A DNA stretch of 40,254 nucleotides. Origin: a virus. Positions 31,397 through 38,962 of this stretch are shown here, piece by piece. The translations under genes and the position numbers were made by a program. Every line of letters begins with the position of its first letter. Position 1 is the first letter of the stretch. The notes below the pieces were generated by a model that saw only the letters and a program-made list of their open reading frames with translations, ran no database searches and had not been told where the DNA came from. The stretch lies in IMG/VR virus record IMGVR_UViG_3300028430_000454; one strand, 5' to 3'.

Positions 31397-32138
31397 TGTA
31401 CTCGATGCATTGGGGGATCCCGTGCCTACCTTCCGCTGGTCGTTCAGCCAGTGGGAGACGTATCACCAGTGCCCAGCCAAGTGGAAATTTCGGTACCGCA
31501 TGCGTCTGCCCGGTCTGCCCAGCGGCCCGGCTGCTGCCCGTGGTACGGAATGCCACAAACGTGTGGACAACTACATCATGGGCGTGGACACCGACATCAA
31601 CAGGCTGTTGATCGGAGACAAAAACAAAACAGATGGCTATTTTCCCGCCGACATTGATCGCAAGTACCTACCGGTGATCCAAACATTCCGTGAGCACGAA
31701 AATGGCGACGTGGGGGCCGAGAAAAAGCTGGGGTTGGACGTCGACTGGAGTCCGCACCCGCCCACATCCCCGATGGCGTCGGCCATATGCGTGCTGGACG
31801 CGTACAGATTCACCAATGCAGGAGAGCTCTACATCGGTGAATGGAAAACCGGCCAACCGAAAGACACGCACCCCGACCAGCGGAGTTTGTACGCCTTGTT
31901 CGGTCTGAAACACTGGAATCCGAAGGTGGTGTACGTCACCACGTATTATCTCGAAAACACGGCAGAGCCAACCCGGCTGAAAGCCACCCCGGAAGCCGAG
32001 GGGCGACTCATCGACAAGTGGTCTGCGCGCATCGATCAAATGCGGGGCGACAGTATGGGCTCCCCGCGTCCGGGGTTTTACTGCCGCTGGTGCGACTACT
32101 CCAAGGTGAAGGGGGGGCCATGCGAGTTTGGACGCTGA
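31389..32138 (+). CDS. PD-(D/E)XK nuclease, Cas4/RecB-like with Cys cluster
   Basis: ATG at 31389 overlaps the polymerase stop (ATGGCTGA). It has the motif VLDAY...LYIGEWKTG (D...ExK). It also has four Cys (YHQCPAKW; CRWCDY; GGPCEF) in the Cas4/AddB arrangement. Confidence 0.7.
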   Translation: MADVLDALGDPVPTFRWSFSQWETYHQCPAKWKFRYRMRLPGLPSGPAAARGTECHKRVDNYIMGVDTDINRLLIGDKNKTDGYFPADIDRKYLPVIQTFREHENGDVGAEKKLGLDVDWSPHPPTSPMASAICVLDAYRFTNAGELYIGEWKTGQPKDTHPDQRSLYALFGLKHWNPKVVYVTTYYLENTAEPTRLKATPEAEGRLIDKWSARIDQMRGDSMGSPRPGFYCRWCDYSKVKGGPCEFGR

Positions 32139-32181
32139 TCAAGCGGGTGTACAACTGGCTTCGATACCGGCACCTGCGGCG

Positions 32182-32406
32182 ATGATTGATTACCTGCCGT
32201 GGGTACTGAGCGCAATCACCATTTACCAGTCGTATCTCGTCGGCAATAAGGACATACGGGGGTGGATTCTCTCGCTGGTGAACCAGACGCTGTGGTTCCT
32301 GTGGGTCATCGGCAGCGGAACGTGGGGATTCCTCCCCCTCAACATCGCACTCACAGCCATGTACGTCCGCAATTACCGGAAATGGAAGCGTGAGAAACAC
32401 GCTTGA
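32182..32406 (+). CDS. small multi-TM membrane protein
   Basis: Start at MIDYLPWVL (ATG at 32182) inside track ORF 32128..32406. 74 aa with 2-3 hydrophobic helices and a basic tail. Confidence 0.5.
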   Translation: MIDYLPWVLSAITIYQSYLVGNKDIRGWILSLVNQTLWFLWVIGSGTWGFLPLNIALTAMYVRNYRKWKREKHA

Positions 32407-32944
32407 ATCGGATGTAGAGGAGACTGTAATCAGTTGGTCTAAGGGTTGCGGCCTCCTTGCTTTCAAGCTAAACTTGCAAGGCAATACCGGCTGGCCGGAC
32501 CGTCTCTGGCTGTTCTATTACCCATTCATCTGCTTCATAGAGTTCAAGAAACCGGGCAGGGGCGACAAGCTAGACCGTAACCAGCCCGCGCGCATTGAAG
32601 AGCTACGTCGCAGGGGATATCCCGTAGGAGTCTTTGACAATGCAAGAGACGCAATCGAGTTTATACGTTCCACGTGCCTATCAGGCCGAGGCGATCAAAC
32701 TGTGCATCAGTCAGGCGTGTGCTGGCCTGCTGATGGCCCCGGGACTGGGCAAGACGTCAGTGATTTACAGCGTAGTTTTGATTTTACTTTCAAAGAAAAT
32801 GATCAAGCGCACGCTGGTCATCTGTCCCCTGCGCCCCGCGTACCGCGTCTGGCCCCACCAGAAAGATCGGTTCGAGCAGTTCAAGCATTTGCGAGTGAGC
32901 TTGCTGCATGGCAAAGACAAAGAGAAAAGACTCCACGAAGATAG
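32390..32944 (+). CDS. VRR-NUC domain nuclease (3' end uncertain)
   Basis: GTG start. The first ~95 aa carry the VRR-NUC signature (GWPDRLWLF...FIEFKKPG...RNQ...L...GY). The frame then stays open for ~85 more codons, overlapping the SNF2 gene out of frame. Confidence 0.6.
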   Translation: MRNTLESDVEETVISWSKGCGLLAFKLNLQGNTGWPDRLWLFYYPFICFIEFKKPGRGDKLDRNQPARIEELRRRGYPVGVFDNARDAIEFIRSTCLSGRGDQTVHQSGVCWPADGPGTGQDVSDLQRSFDFTFKENDQAHAGHLSPAPRVPRLAPPERSVRAVQAFASELAAWQRQREKTPRR

Positions 32945-34049
32945 CGACATCTGCGTGATCAACCCCGAGGGGCTAGCGTGGCTGTTCGGAGCCAAGAAAG
33001 TGGGGAACAAGATGGTGCTGGATCCCGGCAGGGTGCAGTGGATCAAGTCTATGTTTGACGTGCTGGTGGTTGACGAATCCACCAAGTTTAAGGACGCGCA
33101 GAGCAACCGCTTCAAGCTGCTCAAAGCGTTCGTACCGCACTTCAAGCGCCGGTACATACTTACAGGCACCCCCACACCCAACGGCCTTCTAGACCTGTTT
33201 GGACAGGTCTACATACTTGACGAGGGCGCAGCACTGGGCCGGTTTATCACCCACTACCGCACGGCGTTCTTCTACCCGCACGGCTTCGGCGGCTACGAAT
33301 GGCTGCCACAGGCGGACGCAGAAAACCGTATCTTCGAAAAAATAGCGCCACTCGTCTATCGTGTCAGCGCCAAAGGCAACCTGGACTTGCCCGCCCTACT
33401 ATTTGACGACATATTCGTTGACTTGCCCCCGGCTGCACGCGTGATCTACGACCGCATGGATAGCAGCATGATGGCCGAGGTTGCTGCGGGGAATGTGGTG
33501 GCGGCGAATGCTGCTGTCGCCAGCAGCAAGTGCAGACAGGTGGCGAACGGAAACATCTTCGACGAGCACGGGGACGCACATTTCGTCCACGCGGCAAAGC
33601 TGGATGCACTGGCCGACCTTCTGGAACAGCTACAGGGGGAGCCCTGCCTCATCACATATGAGTTCGTGCCCGACGCTGCCGCGATCATGCAGGGGTTGAA
33701 AATCCCCAGCATCAGCACGGGCAATGCCAAGAACGATGACATGATGATTCAGCGCTTCTCGCGAGGAGAGCTCCCCGCAGTAGTCGGCCAACCACAATCT
33801 ATCGCGCTGGGCATTGACGGCCTGCAAGACAACTGTTGTCACATCGCCATGTACGGGTTGACGTGGCGACTGCAAGACTACCTACAGGTTATCGATCGAG
33901 TGCGGCGCAGCGGCAGCAAGGCGAAGGCGGTTATCGTCCACCGCATACTGGCCCGCGACACCGTAGACGAACGTGTGCTGCAAGTCCTGGCACGAAAAGA
34001 TGCGAAGCAAGAGGACTTTATGGCACTATTGGAGCGCAGCCGTCAATAG
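32640..34049 (+). CDS. SNF2-family helicase
   Basis: ATG at 32640 (the track uses TTG at 32634). Motifs: motif I MAPGLGKTSV, motif II LVVDESTKF, and C-terminal helicase motifs (QSIALGIDGLQ; RVRRSGSK). Confidence 0.85.
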   Translation: MQETQSSLYVPRAYQAEAIKLCISQACAGLLMAPGLGKTSVIYSVVLILLSKKMIKRTLVICPLRPAYRVWPHQKDRFEQFKHLRVSLLHGKDKEKRLHEDSDICVINPEGLAWLFGAKKVGNKMVLDPGRVQWIKSMFDVLVVDESTKFKDAQSNRFKLLKAFVPHFKRRYILTGTPTPNGLLDLFGQVYILDEGAALGRFITHYRTAFFYPHGFGGYEWLPQADAENRIFEKIAPLVYRVSAKGNLDLPALLFDDIFVDLPPAARVIYDRMDSSMMAEVAAGNVVAANAAVASSKCRQVANGNIFDEHGDAHFVHAAKLDALADLLEQLQGEPCLITYEFVPDAAAIMQGLKIPSISTGNAKNDDMMIQRFSRGELPAVVGQPQSIALGIDGLQDNCCHIAMYGLTWRLQDYLQVIDRVRRSGSKAKAVIVHRILARDTVDERVLQVLARKDAKQEDFMALLERSRQ

Positions 34050-34271
34050 TAAAATACTATTGGCAGGCCCGTTTGATCCGTGCTAACCTTGTTTTGCGTG
34101 GTAGGAGCAGACCTTAGTGGGACGAGGGAGCAGCACACAAGAAGGAAACGCAGACCATCAATCTGCAAAGTACAGAAAGTGTGTATTGCTAAACGGAGTG
34201 GCGGGAGGGCTGATAACCTGATGTGTCCACACCGGCCACGCACCAGACAACCGTAAGAAACGAGAGCACTA

Positions 34272-35213
34272 GTGAACATCTTCTACCTAGATCACGACCC
34301 TGCACTTGCTGCCATGTATCAACATGACAAGCATGTAGTCAAAATGTGTCTGGAAACTGCGCAAATACTTTGTGCAGTTCAACACCGCTACGGACGCAAT
34401 GCCCCCTACAAGCCGACGCATCAGAACCATCCGTGCGTGCTGTGGGCAGGCGACCACGTCAAGCACTACGATTGGTTGGTGCGGCACGGAGAATACCTGT
34501 GCCTGGAGTACACCACGCGATTTCGTAAAAGGCACGCATGCGCGAACGTAATCGATAAGGTGCGCTATGCGCCCCCCGAGATGTACGAGCGCGTGCGGCG
34601 ACAGACAATGCCTCCGCAGTGCATGCCCGATGAATACAAGGTTCCGGGCCAGACTGTGCTAGCATACCGCAATTACTACCTCGGCGCGAAGGTAGCCAAC
34701 CAGAACTGGACGAACCGCGCACGTCCAAACTTTCTCATTCAAGGAGAAGCAAAAATGGCAAAGAAGAAAGCAGCCCCGGCAACCGAAACCGTCGCCGAAG
34801 GTACCACGGAAGAGACTGTACTGGACGCAGGTTCGCACCCGGCACCCACCGAGCCGGTGGCGCGCACCCGTGGCCCCCGTGGCGTGCCGGAAACCGCCGT
34901 GATCACCGTGCTGGCCGACAAAAACCCGAAGCGCGTCGGCTCCAAAGCCTTCGATCTCTGGGAGAAATACAGTAACGGCATGACCGTGGCGCAGTACGTG
35001 GACGCTACGGGCAAGGACGCCACCCCGGCGCTCGTGTACGACGCGGCCCACGGCTTCATCAGCATCGAGGGGTACACCCCCGGCCAGATCATCACCCCCA
35101 AGGTGCGCGAGCCGAAGGCCCCCAAGGAGCCGAAGGCGAAAAAGCCCAAGGCGGTGAAAGAGGCCGAGGCCGAGGTGGACGCAGATCTGGCGGCGACCGA
35201 AGAAGAGGCCTGA
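34272..35213 (+). CDS. two-part protein: conserved N-terminal domain (possible EndoV/pyrimidine-dimer-glycosylase-like) + Lys/Ala/Pro-tailed winged-helix-like C-terminal domain
   Basis: 313 aa with a GTG start. The N-terminal motif is MNIFYLDHDP..DKHVVKM..ETAQIL..YKPTHQNHPC. An in-frame internal ATG at 34755 has a perfect AAGGAG (34741-34746) 8 nt upstream. The glycosylase-like call is memory only and unverified. Confidence 0.55.
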   Translation: MNIFYLDHDPALAAMYQHDKHVVKMCLETAQILCAVQHRYGRNAPYKPTHQNHPCVLWAGDHVKHYDWLVRHGEYLCLEYTTRFRKRHACANVIDKVRYAPPEMYERVRRQTMPPQCMPDEYKVPGQTVLAYRNYYLGAKVANQNWTNRARPNFLIQGEAKMAKKKAAPATETVAEGTTEETVLDAGSHPAPTEPVARTRGPRGVPETAVITVLADKNPKRVGSKAFDLWEKYSNGMTVAQYVDATGKDATPALVYDAAHGFISIEGYTPGQIITPKVREPKAPKEPKAKKPKAVKEAEAEVDADLAATEEEA

Positions 35214-35220
35214 TCACCCA

Positions 35221-35248
35221 GCACGGCACTCGATTACGGGTGCCGTGC
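35221..35248 (+). terminator. hairpin between 34272..35213 and the FkbM gene
   Basis: GCACGGCAC (35221-35229) pairs with GTGCCGTGC (35240-35248) across a 10-nt loop. There is no U-tract. Confidence 0.35.
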
Positions 35249-35276
35249 GGACACTCCACCCTCTGTAAGGAATGCC

Positions 35277-35909
35277 ATGATTACGACGTACAAGGGATAC
35301 ATCGTACGAGAAGGAACGCTTGACAGCTACGTGGTTGACGAGCTGAGAACTTACCGAATGCTGACCCTGTACCCGCACGACATCGTTCTTGATGTAGGCG
35401 GCAACATCGGCAGTTTCGCGAAATACGCCGCCGGGATCTGCCATAGCGTAGTGTCCGTGGAGCCGTCCCCAGACAACTTTGCTCTTCTGGAAATCAACTC
35501 CCCCCGCAGCCTGAACATCAATGCTGCGGTTGTCGGTGACAACATGACGCAGAATGTTTTTCTCTACGAAAACCGGGGGAAAAACAAGGGACTGCACAGT
35601 ACCGTTCCCACGCGGGGGCGAGATGTAGTGACCGTGCCCGCTGTCGAATTCGCCAAATTGCTGCACGACTATACACCAACCAAGTTGAAGGTAGACTGCG
35701 AGGGGGCAGAGTATAGTTTCGTGGTGCCGGGGGAATTGCCAGAGTCCGTCAAGGCAGTGGCTATCGAGTACAACCTGACCAGAAAACATGAGCGCGGCGC
35801 GGCTTCTGCCATGCACCAGAAATTTCTAGAGTCAGGGTTCGCGTGCTTAAAGTTCCCCACCCTGCACACGAAGGCGTGGGCAACTCTCTCTTTCTACGAA
35901 AGGGCGTAG
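35277..35909 (+). CDS. FkbM-family SAM-dependent methyltransferase
   Basis: 210 aa. Motifs: DIVLDVGGNIGSFAKYAA (SAM motif I), VVSVEPSPDNFALLEIN and KLKVDCEGAEYSF, typical of FkbM/Methyltransf_21. Confidence 0.75.
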   Translation: MITTYKGYIVREGTLDSYVVDELRTYRMLTLYPHDIVLDVGGNIGSFAKYAAGICHSVVSVEPSPDNFALLEINSPRSLNINAAVVGDNMTQNVFLYENRGKNKGLHSTVPTRGRDVVTVPAVEFAKLLHDYTPTKLKVDCEGAEYSFVVPGELPESVKAVAIEYNLTRKHERGAASAMHQKFLESGFACLKFPTLHTKAWATLSFYERA

Positions 35910-35912
35910 GCA

Positions 35913-36725
35913 ATGCAAATCTTCATCCCCACCTACGGTCGCTCGGGGGAGCAGGCTACGCTGAGTAACCTGCTCCCGACGGGCCGTAAGGTGACGTTAG
36001 TCGTGCAAGAACGAGAAGCATCGAAGTATCTAGCGCACAGTGTGTTAGAGTCCGTGAGTGTGCAAGTGCTGCCCCCGGAAATACAGACCATCAGCGCAAC
36101 ACGGGATTACATCCTCAAGCACGCAACGGATGACTCAATCCTCATGCTTGACGATGACCTCGACTTTGCGGTGCGCCGCACAGACGATCCAACTCGATTC
36201 CGCAGCCCTGAGACTGAAGACATCAAGCGCATGCTCAACGAAGTTGAAGAGCTGCTGACCACCAGCCCATTCGTCAGCATAGGGGCGAGGGAGGGCGGCA
36301 ATCGCAATGTGGAGCCGTACCTGTACAACACACGAATGATGCGTGCCTTGGGCTACCGGCGCGACTATCTCAACGCGTGGAAAATCACGTTTGCCCCCAT
36401 GGAACTCATGGAAGACTTCCACGTTGCCCTACAAATCATGCTGGTTGGGGGCACCTGTGTCGTGGCGAACAAGTGGGTCACCAACCAACGTTCCGGCAGT
36501 GGGGCGAAAGGCGGGTGCTCCAGCTACCGCACGCTCGAGATGCATGGGGACGCTGCCCGTCAACTTGCCGCGCTGTACCCTGAATATGTTACTGTGGTAC
36601 ACAAGCAAACGAAAACGGCGTGGGGCGGGCAACCACGGCTTGATGTGCGAGTAGCATGGAAAAAGGCCGCAGCGGCCGGAAAGGCTAGTCGTGAAAAAAG
36701 AAGAACTGGCGTACTGGATCAATGA
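35913..36725 (+). CDS. GT-A-like DxD glycosyltransferase (TET/JBP-associated-GT-like candidate)
   Basis: 270 aa. The N-terminal Rossmann start MQIFIPTYGR and the motif ILMLDDDLDF (DxD) fit a GT-A fold. The specific family is not verified. Confidence 0.5.
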   Translation: MQIFIPTYGRSGEQATLSNLLPTGRKVTLVVQEREASKYLAHSVLESVSVQVLPPEIQTISATRDYILKHATDDSILMLDDDLDFAVRRTDDPTRFRSPETEDIKRMLNEVEELLTTSPFVSIGAREGGNRNVEPYLYNTRMMRALGYRRDYLNAWKITFAPMELMEDFHVALQIMLVGGTCVVANKWVTNQRSGSGAKGGCSSYRTLEMHGDAARQLAALYPEYVTVVHKQTKTAWGGQPRLDVRVAWKKAAAAGKASREKRRTGVLDQ

Positions 36726-37500
36726 GCGGTACAGCATCATGAAGAAAAAGACTGCGGGGCAGGTGCCCCCGTGGACCGCTGACCCGAACATGGCGGGGGT
36801 GCGCTGGTGCAACGTCCACCGCGAGGATGATGCTGTTACCGTGTGGATGGCGCGCGAGTGGCGCTGCGCGAAGATGCCCATGTGGTGGATCGTCCTGGGG
36901 CGCATGCTCAATTACATCCCCACACTCAACGAAGTGGTGAGTGCGCAGGTGCCGAAGACATACCCCGACCTATCCACCATCGGGGGTATCTTGAAGGCCC
37001 GTCGTGAGCGGGGCGACAAGGTGTTCACCAGCGCATACACGATCTCCACCTGCGGCAAGAAGATGGACAAGATCGATTACGTGATGGAGGTCGTGCAGGC
37101 ATTCATGGAGGCCGGGGAGCCTGACTACAGCAGCCTCGCTGAGTGCTACAAGCAAATCACGTGCGTTGACGGGTTTGGGAGCTTTTTGGCTGGGCAGGTG
37201 CTGGCTGACTGCAAAAACACCCCCGGCCACCCGCTCCAGAGCGCTCCAGACTGGCACACGTGGTGCAGCCCCGGCCCCGGTAGCCTGCGGGGGCTTTCAG
37301 CGCTCTACGGCGTTCCCATTACGCCCAAGGGGTTTCAAGCCGCCATCAGCATGGCATGGGAGGCCACCGCCCCCCTCATCAACGAAGACATTCCCCCCAT
37401 ACACATGCAAGATTTCCAGAACTGCCTGTGTGAGTTTTCCAAATACATGAGGGTCAAGTATGGAGATCGAAGGGTCAGGAATACATACCATCCAGGGTGA
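36691..37500 (+). CDS. aGPT-Pplase-like protein (alpha-glutamyl/putrescinyl-thymine pyrophosphorylase family candidate)
   Basis: 269 aa with a GTG start overlapping the upstream gene by 35 nt. The N-terminal pattern WINERYSI..K..GQVPPWTADPNMAGVRWCNVHREDDAVTVW matches the remembered family signature (ER..I...K..G.P.PWT.DPIL...RF.NV.RE.D..T.W). Confidence 0.5.
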   Translation: MKKEELAYWINERYSIMKKKTAGQVPPWTADPNMAGVRWCNVHREDDAVTVWMAREWRCAKMPMWWIVLGRMLNYIPTLNEVVSAQVPKTYPDLSTIGGILKARRERGDKVFTSAYTISTCGKKMDKIDYVMEVVQAFMEAGEPDYSSLAECYKQITCVDGFGSFLAGQVLADCKNTPGHPLQSAPDWHTWCSPGPGSLRGLSALYGVPITPKGFQAAISMAWEATAPLINEDIPPIHMQDFQNCLCEFSKYMRVKYGDRRVRNTYHPG

Positions 37501-37663
37501 CCTGATTGTGGGCGAGGAAGTCCACGGGTGTGCGATCAACTGCACGGTGGTGCCGTACAGTGACATGCAGGACGGGTGGTTCATGGTTCAGTTTCTCACC
37601 CGACAACAAATGGAAGGCTACGCCCGTGAACATAGCCTCCTCATAAAGGAGCAGAAAGAGTGA
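37460..37663 (+). CDS. hypothetical small protein
   Basis: 67-aa track ORF. It overlaps the upstream gene by 41 nt, and its stop overlaps the next GTG start (GTGA). Confidence 0.3.
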   Translation: MEIEGSGIHTIQGDLIVGEEVHGCAINCTVVPYSDMQDGWFMVQFLTRQQMEGYAREHSLLIKEQKE

Positions 37664-38667
37664 CGATGCAAGTAAGCGGCAGAAATGTGAATGATGTTTT
37701 CACCGACGCCATCTGGTTCATGCGCACTCTCGGCCCTGAGTGCCACGAGCAGTCCAGAAACGGCCCCGTGCTGGTGGCACCGGGGCCGGTCGTCTCCAAA
37801 TACCTGTGCCCGTGGGAGCGCGTACTCTTCGACACCCGCAGGGACGCCAACCCCACTTTCCACTTGATGGAAGCTATCTGGATGTTGGCGGGAGAAAACA
37901 GGGTGGACTGGCTGGAACAGTTCAACTCTAACATTGGCAGGTACGCCAATGATGGAATCATCAACGGAGCCTACGGGCACCGCTGGCGCTCGCATTTCGA
38001 TGACGTGGACCAAATCAGCTACGTGGTGAACACACTGCGCAACGATGCCTCGTCGCGCCGCGCCGTCATCAACATGTGGGATCCCGTACAAGACAGGGCG
38101 CTAGAGTGGAACGACGTGCCCTGCAACACCACGATCTACTTCGACCTCAGGGGCGGCAAACTCAACATGACCGTCTGTTGTCGCAGCAATGACGCGATCT
38201 GGGGATGCTACGGAGCCAACGTAGTTCATTTCAGTGTGCTGCAGGAGTATGTGGCTGCGTTTCTTCGAGCACCGATGGGGGTGTACCTTCAGTTCAGCAA
38301 CAACTTCCACATCTACACAGACTTGACTCTGTGGCAAGATTACCGGGTGATGCCCCCTATTTTCGCCCCCCGGTACCGCACGGCAGCGGCCAAAGACCAA
38401 TGGAGTAGCCCCTTCGTTTTCCCGCTGGTGGAGCACGGAGACCGTCCCATGGAATTCAAGGAAGACTGTTTCCGGCTGCTGGAGGGCGTGAAGTGCAAGA
38501 GCCCATTCATGCAACGGGTCGCTGAGCCGATGAAGAATGCATACCTCGCCCGTAAGGCAGGGGACACCAAGGGTGTGGCCGATGCGCTGACCAGCATGGC
38601 GAATTGCGACTGGTACTACGCACTCACCGACTGGATCAAGAGGAGAGACAATGCCCAAAGCGAATGA
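37660..38667 (+). CDS. thymidylate-synthase-family enzyme (pyrimidine hydroxymethylase candidate)
   Basis: 335 aa. AAGGAG (37646-37651) lies 8 nt before GTG 37660; ATG 37666 is an alternative start. Motifs: RRDANPTFHLMEAIWMLAGEN, GAYGHRWR, SRRAVINMWDP, the catalytic-Cys context DVPCNTTIYF, and CCRSNDAIWGCYGAN. Confidence 0.8.
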   Translation: MTMQVSGRNVNDVFTDAIWFMRTLGPECHEQSRNGPVLVAPGPVVSKYLCPWERVLFDTRRDANPTFHLMEAIWMLAGENRVDWLEQFNSNIGRYANDGIINGAYGHRWRSHFDDVDQISYVVNTLRNDASSRRAVINMWDPVQDRALEWNDVPCNTTIYFDLRGGKLNMTVCCRSNDAIWGCYGANVVHFSVLQEYVAAFLRAPMGVYLQFSNNFHIYTDLTLWQDYRVMPPIFAPRYRTAAAKDQWSSPFVFPLVEHGDRPMEFKEDCFRLLEGVKCKSPFMQRVAEPMKNAYLARKAGDTKGVADALTSMANCDWYYALTDWIKRRDNAQSE

Positions 38668-38920
38668 TCATCAGGTAGCGGGCGACCACTACAAGACTGA
38701 CCACACTGTGCAACACTGGGACGTGGTCGACTTGTTCAATCTCGACTATTTCCAGGGACAAATCACCAAGTACGTGTTCCGCTGGAAGTACAAACACGAC
38801 ACTCCTAAGAAGCGTCTCGACGACTTGAAGAAGGCGCGGCACTTTCTCGACAAGTACATCGAGATACAGGAGCGTGACGACGCAGAAGAGGCTGGCCCCA
38901 GCTACGTGAATCAAGGATAG
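38651..38920 (+). CDS. DUF3310-family protein
   Basis: 89 aa. QVAGDHYK...NLDYFQGQITKYVFRWKYKH...DDLKKARHFLDKYIE fits the DUF3310 pattern. Confidence 0.65.
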   Translation: MPKANDHQVAGDHYKTDHTVQHWDVVDLFNLDYFQGQITKYVFRWKYKHDTPKKRLDDLKKARHFLDKYIEIQERDDAEEAGPSYVNQG

Positions 38921-38921
38921 G

Positions 38922-38962
38922 TTGCACCCTACTGGGAATGCGGTACAGTAGTGGCATGCAAC
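38922..38962 (+). promoter_or_regulatory. promoter module E
   Basis: TTGCAC (38922-38927)-CCTAC-TGGGAA-TGCGG-TACAGT (38944-38949) has the same 16-nt spacing and TGGGAA spacer box as module D. GTGGCATGCAAC (38951-38962) follows. GTTGCA (38921-38926) and TGCAAC (38957-38962) form a flanking inverted repeat. Confidence 0.6.
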
